DNA of 64,000 nucleotides from Octopus vulgaris (GCA_951406725.2 OX597821.1:46934001-46998000); one strand, 5' to 3'. Shown: positions 13,452 to 30,007, numbered from the stretch's first letter. The notes: generated by a model not told the origin, from the letters alone. Numbers and translations are program-made.

Positions 13452-14066
13452 AAATGAGGGGAAATCGAACCGGTGTCTTAATTGTTAAGGCATTAAAACA
13501 GAATGACTAACCCCAGACACAAAATATGCTTCACCACACGAATTCGCATAAAGAATCTTTATGTGTGTGTGTGTGTGTAAACATGTATATTTGTTTCTGT
13601 GTATATACATGTATGTATTGAGAGAGAGAGAGAGAGAGAGAGAGCGGAGGGAGAGAGAGAAAGAGAGAGATGAATATATATTCTGCTGTTTAGTCCCAAC
13701 AGCTGTCCGAGAGGTGCTTTCATCAGAATTTACGCTGATGAAAAATTTAGGACCACCATGTCCAATTTGAGGATAACGCCCTTCGTCCAGCGACGGAAGC
13801 CGTTTTATATCAAGTGTCATGCATATTGCTCGCCTCTTCCTTGCTAATCTTTGATAGGAAAATACACCCACAAATGCATAGCCATCTATTTCGACGATTA
13901 GTATTCCTGTTGTTCGATCAACTTCTTAAATATTAAGCGGCAAAATCTGTGTCAGACAATGTTTTCCTTTCTCTCTTATACTGGTAAGACGTGATTTAAT
14001 GTAAATTTGGATACCATTTGTAACAAGTGTAATGTGATAGATTTCTGTTACATATATTTATATATA

Positions 14067-14361
14067 ACTCCGTCGGTTACGACGACGAGGGTCCCAGCTG
14101 ATACGATCAACGGAACAGCTTGCTCGTGAAATTAATGTGCAAATGGTTGACACGTGTACCCTTAACGTAGTTCTCAGAGAGATTCAGCGTGACAAGTCTG
14201 GCCCTTTAAAATACAGGTACTACTCATTTTTGCCAGCTGACTGAGCTGGAGAAACATGAAATAAAGTCTTGCTCAAGGACACAATGCTTCGCCGGGAACT
14301 GAACTCACGACCTTACGATCCTGAGCCGAATACCCTAACCACTAAACCACGCGCCTTCACT
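14067..14361 (-). mobile_element. SINE family C
   Basis: tRNA-like head GTGAAGGCGCGTGGTTTAGTGGTTAGG; 3' part (..CGTCGTCGTAACCGACGGAG) shared with 46000-46270 and 59484-59865. Confidence 0.85.
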
Positions 14362-15317
14362 ATATATATATATATGTGTGTGAATGTGTCTGTGTGTGTA
14401 TATGTATGTATCTATGTATGTATATGATCACCCACCACTCTATGCTACAGAATAATTCCTATAGTAATTGTCATTTGAGATACACCATATACTATTCTCC
14501 TATGTAAACAAATATAGTAAAACCGTGTTGTACAAGTTAGGATACTCCGTTTGCTTCCCTTATCTAAATAATCTTGTGAATTATAGTTTATGAATGGAGA
14601 GGAGCCATACTACTAAATATTTATTATAGACTTTCACCAATCGAAGGAAATTGTACTTGGTTTTTACACTTGCTAGAAAGAGTATCCAAATTTACATTAA
14701 ATCACATCTTAGCAGTTTAAGAGTGGAGGGACACATTGTATGATGTTTTCTTCAAACGCTATCCGAATATAACACAGTTTCGTTATGTCTGTATGGCAAG
14801 CATAGAATATTTTGATTAGAACTATCCTTGGGCCAAAAAAATCACCCACAATAACAACAAACTACCACCTCAAGAGAATTCAGCCGTAATATCTATCTAA
14901 GCGGAAACTAAACAACTTCCTGGTCCCTAACCTTAACATCTACACATATACACACAAATACACATTTACGGACGTGAACATTCGCGCGCACACACGCACA
15001 CAGACGCACAAACAAACACCCACACATACACACACAGAGTTAAAAAATACGGATATTTACTTCAACGATTTCTTAATGTCCTTATTTCTATCACAGAATT
15101 CTAAGGTGTGTATGCATGTGTATGGGTGTATATAAAAATACATAGAAATGTATTGATGTATTTATGTATGCAAGGATAGAGGGATGGATGGATCGATGGA
15201 TGGATGGATGGACAACCTGGTTTTTGGTTATGATATAACATTCAGCTTCCACCAAAATATACACACCTTTAGTGTCCTCCTCTCATGTAGGATCAAAACA
15301 TTCATAGATAACTAGCT

Positions 15318-15345
15318 GGATAGATAGATAGATAGATAGACAGAC

Positions 15346-15429
<84 letters not shown>

Positions 15430-15441
15430 TGATAGATAGAT
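15318..15441 (+). repeat. (GATA)n microsatellite
   Basis: Directly visible; similar tracts at 21215-21388, 23390-23531, 25335-25490, 29753-30008, 32431-32550, 49190-49267, 63381-63486. Confidence 0.98.
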
Positions 15442-16719
15442 ATGCGCATCCCCACATGTTTCTACGTATGGATTGCTAGAAAATGGTGAATTTGATGTTC
15501 ATGTTTAAAGTGCAAATCTCGTATTTGCAGCAAGTACATTACATAATTCGATTCCTATGATGTCATGGACGTGACGTCACTGAAACCTTTGAGTTAACGA
15601 TGGATTTCCTAATTTAGTCTTCACTGGAGAGAAAAGAGTTTTCTTAAAACAGCTTAAATCTATACGCATTTTACCATGTATGATGCAAACGTAACCAATG
15701 ACTTTTTTGTTGTTGTGATGTCTTATGGAACATGCTATGATATTTGTTATTGTATTTTCTTTTCAAATCAGTTCAGGTCGGTCATTCTGCGGGAGGACGT
15801 TCCATCCATGACCATGCAACGCTACCATAAGGTGTTATTGCAAGCAGCTTTTTTGTCTTCTGATATCTATTAATAACCCAAGTAGATATCAGTCCAGTGA
15901 AGATCTAGATAACCCCACTGCGGTACTATGATGTCACGATACATGTCTAAGATCCTAAATGCTAATGGATTTTGGCTTTTGAAGGTGGCTGGGATATATG
16001 CTAAAAATAGTCCCGCTGACGAGAGCGAGGCCAACAAGAGAATTAACGCCAGCTTCAAGTTTAATCTTATATTATGTCACGATATTCTAAGAGAGGGAAC
16101 AAAAATTGTTAATAGCTGACATGAAGTTCTTGTTATTGTTGCTACTGTTGTTGTTGTTGTTGTTGTTGTTGTTGCTGCTGCTGTTGCTGCTGTTGCTGCT
16201 TCTGCTGTTGTTGTTGATGTTGTTTAGCGTTAACTAAGTACTGGTCCAACAAAACTATAATGAAATGTGTTACAACCGTGCCCATCTACTATTTCATACA
16301 TAGCTAGGACTCCTTATCCAAAATGCCCTTTCATTTATTATAAGATAGGGGTATATTTGTTTGCTATTTCCAGCAGGTTAAATGACCTACTAGAGACTCG
16401 ATTTATACATGGCCTAATTTTAATATATTTAAGGTTAAAAAAAAAAGCCAACATCAGCGGTGATTCCAATGAAGTTTCGCAAATATGCCCCAAAAATTGA
16501 AGGCTACTTGCAAGCTCGAATTATAAGTAATTATAAATCATAACAAAGACGAAGAAAGGAAAAGAAAGAATTCTAGTTGATTGCTCTCGAGCAGAAATAT
16601 TGTAAGGATTAGATAAATACATACATGCATACATGCACATATATTCATACATAGATATGCATATATGTAAGCATATGCACATTTATTTTTATATTTATTT
16701 AACATATAAATATATGTGT

Positions 16720-16758
<39 letters not shown>

Positions 16759-17271
16759 TGTATGTTTGTATGTGTGTTTAAGTATGTACGAATACATACA
16801 CACATGTGTACATGCATACATACATACTTACATACATGTGTGAGGGGGAAATCAGAGCTAAATGAATGTTGGTTGTAGTGAATGTTTTACAAGGGCGAGT
16901 CTATCGATCGGACGATCGTTCTGCTGGGAGGCAAATCTCATAATTAGTTAACAGATACTAAACAATAGGCATTGAAATTGCTCCTCTTTATGTGATTAGC
17001 TGGTGGAACGAGCAGTTAGGTATCACTGCACTAACACATGTTGAGCTCGCAGTACTTCGTATTTCGTGTCTCCTCAATGGGAAATACGGTATCGATTTTT
17101 AAGGCTTTCTTCCCTTAATCGACCACCTGTCTCTAGCTTTCACTAATTCAAGCAGACAGATAACGTAACACAAAGGTGGAAAAAAAAATAACGAAGCAGA
17201 AAAACGCATTTAATTGAAAATTAATTATTAAAATAGTGAGTGACACACCTGACAACAACAGCAATAATAAC

Positions 17272-17487
17272 AATTCTTCCTGCAATAGGCACAAGGCCTG
17301 AACTTTGGGGGAGGGGGATAGTCAATTAAATCGACCCCAGTACTCAACTGGTACTTAATTCATCGACCCCGAAAGGATGAAAGGCAAAGATGACTTCGGT
17401 GGGATTTGAACTTAGGACGTAGCAACGGACGAAATACCGCTAAGCATTTTGTCCAGCGTGCTAACGCTTCTGCTACCTCGTCGCGCC

Positions 17488-17488
<1 letters not shown>
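17272..17488 (-). mobile_element. SINE family B monomer, tail B
   Basis: Homologous to 2019-2232; followed by (AAT)n. Confidence 0.82.
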
Positions 17489-17548
<60 letters not shown>

Positions 17549-18205
17549 TAATAATAATTTGTTTCTTATATAAGTACATGGCCCGCAATTTGAGGTAGGG
17601 AATTAATCACTACCATCGACTACAATAGTTAACTGGAAAAATTTATTGATCCTGCTACTTGAAGGGTAGAGTTGATTTTGGTGAGATTTGAAACTCAGAA
17701 CGTACGGAGTTGGAAGAAATACTGAAAGGTATTTGTCCAATGCTGTAACGAATCAACAAACATGTCAAAGAAAGTTAGTAACTAAATTAATTAATGCATG
17801 AATACGACACTGTTACCTGTAAACTCTACCATATTGCAGACAAAATGAGAAGCTATTTTCGTAAAATTATCGACTGTACAGCAAATTCATAACCATACAA
17901 GGTGAAATGATAATAATATTCGATGGAATAATGATAGAAGTGAGATGAAAATATACGACAGAGAGAGATTATGCTAGTAGGTGAGATGTTGATACTGAGT
18001 GAAATGAAATAAAGAATAGATTTGTTTAATGTTGGGATGAACTTGGAGGCTGGGGAATTTGATTTTGTGAGCTGGTTCTAAGATGAAAGGTAATTGCCTT
18101 TGTATACTCATGTTTAGGAAGGTGTACACACATAATGTATATGTATGTATCCGTGTATGGATGTATATATGTATGTATGTATGCATAGATGCATGTGTGT
18201 GTGTG

Positions 18206-18246
<41 letters not shown>

Positions 18247-18288
18247 TCTTTTATTCGTTTCAGCCATGCGGCTGCGGTCATGCTGGGG

Positions 18289-18386
<98 letters not shown>

Positions 18387-19218
18387 GCACACATACATGC
18401 ATTCATACATACTTAGGTACACATATATACATACATCTAAATGTATATTCATATCTATCTATTTATACACTCGCACACACACATACACACACAAAGCTAT
18501 TACCGTTTCCTTTTTTTCTTTAAATCTGTTTGAATATATGTGTACATTAAATGTATGCATGTATGTATATGCGTATGAATGCATGTACAAATATATGTAA
18601 GGCTTGCATGCATGTATGTTTGTGAATATGCACACGTGTTTCTAGGTTTCCGATGGTTTTTATATATCTTACCTTCAAAATATTTATATAATTTTTCTAA
18701 AGCTGAAAAGGCTGAATAAGGTGAGATGGTAGTCGACACAGGAACGTCCTCGTCCGTTACTGACACGTTAAAAGACAATATTGCGTAGATCAAGTAGTTA
18801 ACAGATTCCCAACAGAGCAGATAGTGGTTAGCAAAATATCAAATTTCTGAACGGTTATTGTGAGGACAGATGTATGGATAGATAGATACAAACAATTAAT
18901 GTTCAACAGTTATAGTAGCAATAATAGTGGGGCTAGTTAGACTAAAGAAATTAGTAGAGTAATATTAGAAAACGTAGCAGTAACAACAATAGTAAATAGA
19001 AATATTAAATTAGGAATAATAATGATAACAGGTATAGACAGAGGAAAGAGAATTATATCCAAGTTAAATATTTTTACATGACTGTGTTACGTGTAAAGTC
19101 GACTATGTTGTGGACAATATGGTAGAGTTTACCTTTCGTTCAAATTAATAGTTTCCTTTCCATACGTGACCGTCATTACGTGTAAATTTATATCATAAAA
19201 ATATACAACAACAACAGC

Positions 19219-19281
<63 letters not shown>

Positions 19282-20768
19282 CATGGTTTCAAATTCTGGC
19301 AGATGGCCAGTAGTTTTAGGGGAGGGGGTTAGTACTTTTCTAGTACTTTATTCCATACATGGGTGAGGGTATAAAATGCAAAGTTGTGTTCGACATGAAT
19401 TAAGACCAGAAGAACGGTAAATATTGCAAAGGCATTTTACTCGACGCTCTAATGATTATATCAATAAAAAAACCAAATAACAACAACAATAATAATAATG
19501 ATGATGATGATGATGATAATAATAATAATAATAATAACAGTTATAATAATAAGGCACAAAGCCTGACATCTGGGAAAGCAGGTTAATCGATTGAATCGAT
19601 TAGACACAAAATAGATGGTAGACTTGAGTCTTAAAAATAAAAAGAAAAGCTACCATATGTTTTGGCTCTGTCTATAAGAAAGTGTGTGCGTGTGTGTGTG
19701 TGTGTGTGAGTGAATGTGTGTGTGTGTGTGTGTGAATGTGTGTGTGTGTGTGTGAAGACTAGCAGTGTTTTAATAATAGGAACAATATGTGAAATAGGGA
19801 TCGTTAAAATGTTATTTTATCAGTAATTAGTTGAATGAATTGTGTATTATATTTCAGAAGAAACTATTTTAGAAATATCAATATAATCACACTATCACAC
19901 GTATAGCTAGTGTCTGTATAACGCCCCCAATACTGAACTATATTCAAAGCCTCATGTCACACACACACACACACACACACTGCCTCCACATGTACTTCAT
20001 TCTAAGCATCGTTACCATGGCAATATGTCAGCGTTTGACAGACACGGGATTAAAATATGATACTGGCCAAGTGATGAGAATGGTATTATAGATGGTATAA
20101 ACGGATGTTTACCTCATAAGGGACTAAGAAGAAATATTAATACGATGAACCTAAACAAATCGACCGAGATGCTTGTCTAGAAATCTTAATACTATGCGTT
20201 CTACTGCTCATTCCACTACAATAATATATCAATGTCGAATAACAATAGGAAAAGACCGACGATATACGGTTGCAGGAGAAGAGTTGTAACGGAAAACTAT
20301 CAACTTGCCTCCTACATGGCAATATGAACAACTACATTCATTAACAGAGAAAATTAGTTCGCTTCCTCTCTCTCTCTCCCCTCTCTCTCTTTCTCTGTGC
20401 ATGAACGGTATATTTACTATTAAAATTTATTGGAAGAATTTATAAATGTGTGTGTGTGTGTGTGTGTAGGAGATCGAGAGAGATATATTTAATATGAATG
20501 TATGTTATAATCTAGATCTTTTAGCCACGTGTTTTATAAATAGGTTTCAAGTATGTTATTTGCAGAGATATCTGTTCACACACACACACACACGTAGCTA
20601 TCTCTTGCTCAGCTGTAATGCATGCTTGGAAACTAGGAAAGCCGTTTTTATTATCTTGCCGAAACGATTGTCGGCTGATGATACTATACTACCAGAAATA
20701 ACATAGCAGACGCCATATTGAAAATTTTGTCAGCCTTGCTCGGATGCAAAAGAAGGCAAGTACAAGCA

Positions 20769-20836
<68 letters not shown>

Positions 20837-21166
20837 ATACACACACACACATATACACACACACACAAGTGTTGGTAGTTGTTCGAAAAGCTATTAATCT
20901 AAAAGCAAGCAGTACGAACCAGGAACCGGCTTGTGGGAATACATGCCTGCTTTAGCTGATGATTATTATGACAGGGAGGAGAAAAAGTTGATTTCTCTGT
21001 TATATATCGCTATGTAGCTTAGATTTCCTCATTATACATCCGTACACAGGCACATACATGTGTACGTATGCGTATAGATGGGTGCAAACATACATACATT
21101 CATAATGTATACCAATAAATATTTTAAACATTGTCGGAGTTACTGCAGCATTACAAAAACACATTT

Positions 21167-21278
<112 letters not shown>

Positions 21279-21300
21279 TACATACATACATCGATAAATT

Positions 21301-21388
<88 letters not shown>

Positions 21389-21447
21389 TACATATATACA
21401 TATAGATGCACATATAAAAATGTCCTAACATTAATAATGATAATAAT

Positions 21448-21628
21448 AATCCTTTCTACTGAAGGCACAAGGTATGAAATTATGGGGAAGGGGGATAGAG
21501 GATTACATCAGTGTTTCACTGGTAGTTAATTTATCGGCCCCGAAATGATGAAAGGTAAAGTCGACCTCGGCGGAATTTGAACTCAGAACGTAGCGACGGG
21601 TGAAATACCGCTAAGCATTTCGTCCAGA
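21448..21628 (-). mobile_element. SINE family B, 5'-truncated, embedded in (AAT)n
   Basis: AAAGTCGACCTCGGCGGAATTTGAACTCAGAACGTAGC. Confidence 0.8.
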
Positions 21629-21630
21629 GA

Positions 21631-21693
<63 letters not shown>

Positions 21694-22857
21694 TTCTTCA
21701 TTTGCCGCAACGGAGAAGAGAGCGGGGCATTACAAGGATACATTAATTATAAAATCCTTCCGAAGTAAAATGTATTGATAGTTATGAGGTGGTATCGTAA
21801 TATAGTGCTATAGTAGAAATACAGACTTATTATAATATCTATATCGACCAGATGGATTCCTATGTGCAAACGATTGCGAAGAAGAAAGAAAGGGAGAGTG
21901 AGGAAGAAGAGGCTGAGCGAGAGAGAGAAAGTGAAGACAGAGAAAGAGAGAGAAAGAACGGTGAGAAAGGCATCTATCTCTCTCTCTCTCTCTCTTTGTC
22001 TTTCTCTCTCTCTATATATATACACTTACACGTACATATGTATGTAAAATACCTAACGCATTTAAATATCCATATACGTGTATGTATACACAATTATTAT
22101 TATACATCATTCGTAGATCCACCGATCTATCTATTTCTGTATTGTGTATGAATGCGTGTGTGAGTATACATATATAATCTAATGCATATATATATATATA
22201 TATATATATATACCTGCACACATACCCAATCGCATATGTTCATATACAGATATTCATATATAGATATATGTGTGTGTATGTGTGTGGGTGTATGAAATCT
22301 ATATGCATGCATATATGTGTATATCCATTTATATGTATATACGTATGGAAAGAGAGAGAGAGAACGTTCTCTCTTCGATAGTGTACAACATGCTTAGTAC
22401 GAGGGGAATACCACGCATATACACATATATGTATAAGCAATGTATGTATGTCTACACATTTGTGTGTGCGTATGTGTGTGTGTGTGTGTGTGTATTTGTG
22501 CGTGTGAGTGTATAAATAAAGTATAACACACTCATCGTATCCTTTATATATGTATTATCAGCCTTATCTATGATCGGTATGAAAGCATGTTAACATCGTT
22601 TCGGGACATTTTTAGCATAGTTACACACTCACACACATACACACACACATATATAAAACTGAGAGATACACACGCTCATTGACACAGGCACTAGTACATA
22701 CACATACAAATATTGCCATGTATACACAAGCAGAATCAGGCACACACACACACACACACACACACACATCACTTTAGATAAATACATATATGTGTGTGCG
22801 TATGCGTGTGTCTCTATATACGTATATACTTACCTACATACACACACGCATCTATAC

Positions 22858-22914
<57 letters not shown>

Positions 22915-23011
22915 ACGTATTTATAACGTATTTATAACATATATTTATGAATATATGTACGTATACCTATTTGCAAAATATATCCATATGTGCTTATGTA
23001 TGCATACACAT

Positions 23012-23055
<44 letters not shown>

Positions 23056-23415
23056 CATATATATACATAAGTATATAAATATATATATATACACATATAT
23101 ATATATACACGCATACTTACGCCTGTGTAGCATGCATGTATATTTACCAGCACATGAATTCGTGCCTACAGGCGGGGCCCCAATAAAGATACACAGATAT
23201 AGACATTCCCACTTACAGCGTATATGCCAACAGACCCCCGAAACTATAACGAAGCCTAATTAAAATTCAGTGCACTAATTACAGCGTTCTGATATCAACG
23301 AGAAGAAACAACTGTTTATGCTTCATATTGTATACCAATATATATATATATATATATATGTACACACACACATACACGCATACATGTATATAGATAGATC
23401 GATAGTTAGACAGAC

Positions 23416-23446
<31 letters not shown>

Positions 23447-23451
23447 CAGAC

Positions 23452-23532
<81 letters not shown>

Positions 23533-23559
23533 TATTTTATATTTGATATATACGTCTCT

Positions 23560-23613
<54 letters not shown>

Positions 23614-24107
23614 TTGTGTGTGTGATGTCAACCTTTAAATGAACAGTACAGGCAATAAGGTTGTCCGATTCATTGAAAGTATCCAGTTAATGACGACCAA
23701 CAAGTCACCACTGCAGCACTGCTCCATCTGGGCGGTCACATAATATAAAATACGTCTTCCCGTGAAAAAATTTAACAATAACCATAATATAAACTTCAGC
23801 AGAACAACACTATGTCAACGAATGATGTATAATGATAATGTGTATAGTTATAAATATTATACACATATGTACGTGTGTGTATGCGTGTGTGTGTGTGTGC
23901 GTGTGTGTGTGTGAGTATATATATGTATGTATGTACGTATGTATGTACGAATGTATATATGTATGTATGCATAGATAGATAGATATAGGTACCTATATTT
24001 ATATAGGTATGTATATAATACATATGTATATTATATGTGGGAATATATATAGATATAGATATATATGTACATATACAAATAAATATATGTATACATGTAT
24101 ATAAGTA

Positions 24108-24188
<81 letters not shown>

Positions 24189-24617
24189 ATGTATGTATGT
24201 ATACGCACACATATCTTTCTATGTTTATATGTGAACAAATATACACAAATATATGCACGTACGCGCACACAGACATATAAAATATACGTTTAACTTTTTT
24301 TTTTATACATTACTCAAATTTCTTTTCTTTTTTTTTTTCTAAAATTCAATTTTATCCACTTACCTTAATGATTTTTTTTTTTTTTTTTTTTGTTAATGTT
24401 CTTGTCTCAATAATAAGATCGTATGATTTATTTTTGGTTAAAGTCGCGATTTTAGTATCCGTCGCGCGGTATGTGGTATGTGGTAACAAGACCCCTTTTA
24501 GTTTTTCAGCTGGTAGAATGGTAAATTAGTCCAAAATCCTCGGTTGTCCAACAACAGCAGAATACAGAGATATGAAGAAATATATACACTCATATATATA
24601 TATATGCATATATGTAC

Positions 24618-24684
<67 letters not shown>

Positions 24685-25088
24685 TAGCTCCAATGTGTAC
24701 TCGGTATTTCCTGCACAGGTACTCGCATATATACACATACACACGCTCGCATCTTAGGATCCTACTGCTCCACTGTATTTATCAACAACCAATGACTCCT
24801 ACACGTATGCATTTAGTATTGTGAGCTAATATATAAATATGCATTCATATATGTATGTATAAAATATTACACTATCAGACGAATATGTGTGTGTTTGCTT
24901 TTTCTGCGTGTGCGACTGTTTCGGTGTAACGTCTTAGTTGGTCTATACGTTAAATACGTGTGTTTATGAACGTATATTTACATACTATGGACACGCTGCT
25001 TGTCACGTACATATACAAACATATATGAATGTGTGTCTGTGTGCGTGTGTGTGTGTGTGCGCGTTTATGTGTGTGTATGCGTGCGAGC

Positions 25089-25137
<49 letters not shown>

Positions 25138-25370
25138 TGCGTGTGTGAGTGAGTGTATAACGCACTCTTGTCCTTATTTAATGCTGCTATACATAAATAT
25201 TCAACATATGTAGGGATGTTAATCTCCGCTTTGCTTGCTTCTAAAATGCTTTACGTATAGTTTAATTATTTAATGACTTTATGAGTGCCTACAAATAGAT
25301 ATATGGAATAAGAGAGAGAGAGAGAGAGAAAGTGAGATAGATAGATAGATAGATAGACAGATAGATAGAC

Positions 25371-25419
<49 letters not shown>

Positions 25420-25438
25420 GACAGAGAGAAAGATAGAC

Positions 25439-25491
<53 letters not shown>

Positions 25492-25890
25492 TTGTCCGTA
25501 TGTTTCTACATTGTGTATATAAATGCGTATATGTAATGCTTATAGGTGTGTGCATATATATATGCATGCACTCAGTGCGAGTGTAAATACTTCATAAATA
25601 CAATCACTTCAGGCAGTGCGTGTATATGTGTGTGTGTGCATGTGTCTCTAGGTGTGTGTATGTGTGTGCGTGTGTACGTGTGCGTGCGAGGTTGTAAGCG
25701 ATACTCTCTCTTATGTTGTAATTTTTACGTGTACATACGAAGTGAATGCGCATGTGTGTACGAGCGGGAGAGCTAGAGAGAGAGAGAGAGGGGAGAGGGG
25801 GAGAGAGGGGGAGGAAAGGAAAAGAGTCTGACAGAGTGAGAGCGAAAAAGAAATATAGAGAGTGTATGTGTGTGTGAGAGAGAGAGAATG

Positions 25891-25953
<63 letters not shown>

Positions 25954-26783
25954 CTGTGTATGTTTTAGCGTTGTGCTGTATAACAGTGTCTGCCAGACGG
26001 TAGTTAATGGTGTTGGTGCTGGCAAATTTGATTAACTCATGGTCATACTGATCGAGTAAGAAGTCTAATCAAAGGCTTCCCCGCTGTGACTATCCCCCCC
26101 CCCCCCACCACCACCACTTTATTTTCCTTTTCATTTTTTTTTTTTTTTTTTTGCTATGTGCGGGTGGAATACGGTATTCAACATGTCTTATTTCCGACTG
26201 TAAAATTATTAATAATTAGAGGAAGATAAGGCTGCTATTTCTAAATTTGTAAAGTGGCTATATACAAAAGGCTCCTTCATGGACTTCTGTATTGTGTGAT
26301 ATTTGAATCAGTTTTAATGGCAGGGTAATGTAGCGGGAGTGTATATGGAGGTATTCCATCAACCTTTACAGGACTACCTCATACCATGTATACACATATA
26401 GATACATACAGGTTTGCATGCATATATTCATACACGCACGCACACACACACATATATATATAATGTAGATGTATGTATATGTATGCTTATATATATGTGT
26501 ATAAATATGACTTAATACTAGTTGTCTAGCGCTTCTGTAACCAGAAAACCTGAGGAGGTGAGACCTTCGTTTCTCACGGCTGCCTGGTTGGGTGATTTTT
26601 TTTTTGAATGATAGTAGGGTGGTAGAAGGCAGGGGTAGTAGAGATAAAAAGTGGGTGTAGTAAAGTCAATAGAGAGGGCCTAGTCTTGTAATGGTTTACT
26701 ACGGTTGTCTATTTCACTTACTCCCTGTCATTTTACGGCAACTCTGATACTTTCATACACATCAATATATATATATATATAAA

Positions 26784-26974
26784 CGATGGAATAAGTACTA
26801 GGCTTGCAAAGAATAAATCCTGGGGTCGATTTGTTCAACTAAAGGCGGTGCTCCGAATGACTGAAACAAACAACAAATCGACCCCAGGATTTATTCTTTG
26901 CAAGCCTAGTACTTATTCCATCGGTCACTTTTGTTACGGGGACCCAAACACAGACACATGAACACACACACACA

Positions 26975-27058
<84 letters not shown>

Positions 27059-27105
27059 TGTATACGACGGGCTTCTTTCAGTTTCCGTCTACCAAATCCA
27101 CTCAC
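26784..27105. mobile_element. Rearranged SINE family A with local 52-bp perfect inverted duplication
   Basis: 26784-26835 is the exact reverse complement of 26872-26923; rest of a minus-strand SINE A follows. Confidence 0.85.
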
Positions 27106-27117
27106 TCGTTTTCTATG

Positions 27118-27160
<43 letters not shown>

Positions 27161-27572
27161 TGTGTACTTATGCATTATTATGGAGTGTTAACCGCATATA
27201 GATACGTATATCAGTGTATATGTTTGGCATAATAAGCTCACACACATACTCACTTAAATATCGTCTGTCCATCCTTTCCACATGCATACACACAGCACGC
27301 GTGCACACACACGGATCACACATACATATATATATAGAGAGAGAAAGAAAGAAAAGAGAAGACTGAAGGGAAAAGGAGGGACATCTATCACTCGTGTGCC
27401 AGAATGGTTAGAGGGACGGAAAAATATTTAGCGATATTTCTTTATGGCTTTTTACGGTCAATTTTGTTTTTGATCTCTCTAGGGACGTTCATACAATGCT
27501 TGTTCTGGGGGTCGATGTTGCGACTAAACCATCTCTTTTCAAAACCGCTGACCTTGTGTTTAAAATAGACAA

Positions 27573-27583
27573 AATTATTATTA

Positions 27584-27658
<75 letters not shown>

Positions 27659-27891
27659 GGAAAATACAGTTGGAAATGAACCCGTATTTATTAACGAAAC
27701 CTTCTCCGCGCCCTCTCCACAACAAAAATCTATTACTACTACTACTGCTACTTAAAACTACCAACTCTCGCTGCACCAGCAGCAGCAGCAGCAACAGCAA
27801 CAGCACCATCAGCAGCAGCAGTAGTAGTAGCAGCAGTAGTAGTAGTAATAGTGGTAGTCAACATTAGTTGTAGTTGTAGTACGCATCGGTT

Positions 27892-27930
<39 letters not shown>

Positions 27931-28056
27931 ATATAGCAGCAGCTGCTCTACAGCTAATGGCAGCAGTAGTAGTTATAGTATAAGTAGTACTAGAGATGGT
28001 GTTGTTGTAGTTGGTGGTGGTGGTAGCGGTGGTGGTGGTGGTGGTGGTGGTGGTGG
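27573..28056 (+). repeat. Compound trinucleotide microsatellite block (ATT, GTT, ACT, AGC, AGT, GGT)
   Basis: Directly visible. Confidence 0.95.
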
Positions 28057-28103
28057 CGATTGTTAGGAGTGGAGGATGAGTGGTAGGTTATCTGTCTTTC
28101 TCC

Positions 28104-28347
<244 letters not shown>

Positions 28348-28991
28348 AAATATATATATATATTATCCATCTACCTATCTATTTATCTGACTGTCAGTTT
28401 TCTTATCTCTCTCTCTCTCACTCACTAGACATTTGTATGTGTATGTGTGTGCGTGTATGCATAAGTGTGTGTGTGTGTGTGTGTGTGTTTATACACGCAC
28501 ATACCTATGTAAGGAGCTAGGGGAAGAGAATGAGAGTGAGTGAGAAAAAATGATATTTTTAGTAATATTTAGCTAATTGTAGGATTCTCTCTCTCTCTCC
28601 CTATCTTCCTCACACACACTCACTCTCACACACACTCACTCTCACACACACTCACTCTCACACACACTCTCTCCAAATTTGAGTGCCAAATCGCTTCTAT
28701 CGTAGCTTCGTTAGCGTCAATTAATTGGGGGTGGACGGGAAATTATGTAGAGTCCCATCAGATGAGCTGACCCTATAAATGAAAAAAAAAAAACACCCAG
28801 TGTTTTCACACAAGTTTGTACCTAGGAATATATAATTTTAGGGTACAACAGCCTGTAGAACGGCCAGCCATTTACATACAATATGGACGTTGCTCCGGCG
28901 TTCGATCGAATAGTCATCGGAATCAATTCATACAAGTATGGTATGACTGCACAAGTATATGTGCTTCTGTGTACTCGTGTGTGCTTGTTTG

Positions 28992-29036
<45 letters not shown>

Positions 29037-29223
29037 ATGTCGTCTGCGTGTGTGTGTCGTCTGAGTGTGTGCGTCGTCTGCGTGTGTGTGTCGTCTGCGT
29101 GTGTGCGCGTATGTAAAGCTAGTAGCGTTTCTACTGCACTCTCGTGAGAAAACGAGTGGAGGCTAAGTAGAACGTGGCGTAGCTGCCTGCCGTCCTTAAG
29201 GCAATTATCCCTTGTAACGGGAA

Positions 29224-29330
<107 letters not shown>

Positions 29331-29692
29331 TGTGTGCGTGTGTGTATGTGTGTGTGTGTGAGTGTTTCACTAAAATGGCAGACTTACTAGATACAACTGC
29401 TACTAAGCGCACAGACAGACACATTACATTGGCACTGGGGGTGCCTTCCAATTGCTTACAAGCGACACAAACTACAGTCCTATCCCACTTTTTCGTGCTT
29501 TTGAAATTCTTACTCCCCCTCCTTCTCTTCCAACCCGAATGCACTTTCACACAAACTTCACATAACACCGTTTCCCTTGTCACTTTCACTCCTTCTCTCC
29601 TACTTGTGTTTTGCCACCCCTATCTCTTTCTTTCTTTCTTTTTTTCTGTCCTTCTTTCTTGCTTTCCTTCCTTCTTTCTTTCATTCATTCAT

Positions 29693-29744
<52 letters not shown>

Positions 29745-29778
29745 TCGCAGACTATCTATCTATCTATCTATCTATCTA

Positions 29779-29899
<121 letters not shown>

Positions 29900-29900
29900 G

Positions 29901-29966
<66 letters not shown>

Positions 29967-29976
29967 AATCTATCTA

Positions 29977-30007
<31 letters not shown>

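Noticed and set aside
15571-15580. Perfect CRE palindrome GTGACGTCAC
   Set aside because: A single short motif can occur by chance in 64 kb; no supporting context
15870-16058. Signal-peptide-like ORF MKLALILLLASLSSAG
   Set aside because: The start is TTG, not ATG, and an in-frame TGA lies between it and the upstream splice acceptor; kept only as part of the non-coding exon candidate
16838-17253. Possible solo LTR (TGT...ACA)
   Set aside because: No TSD or second copy identifiable in the window
20585-20712. Tandem hammerhead-like motifs (GAAACGATTGTC; CTGATGA..GAAA)
   Set aside because: Cores or stems are incomplete and several corrections would be needed, so not called
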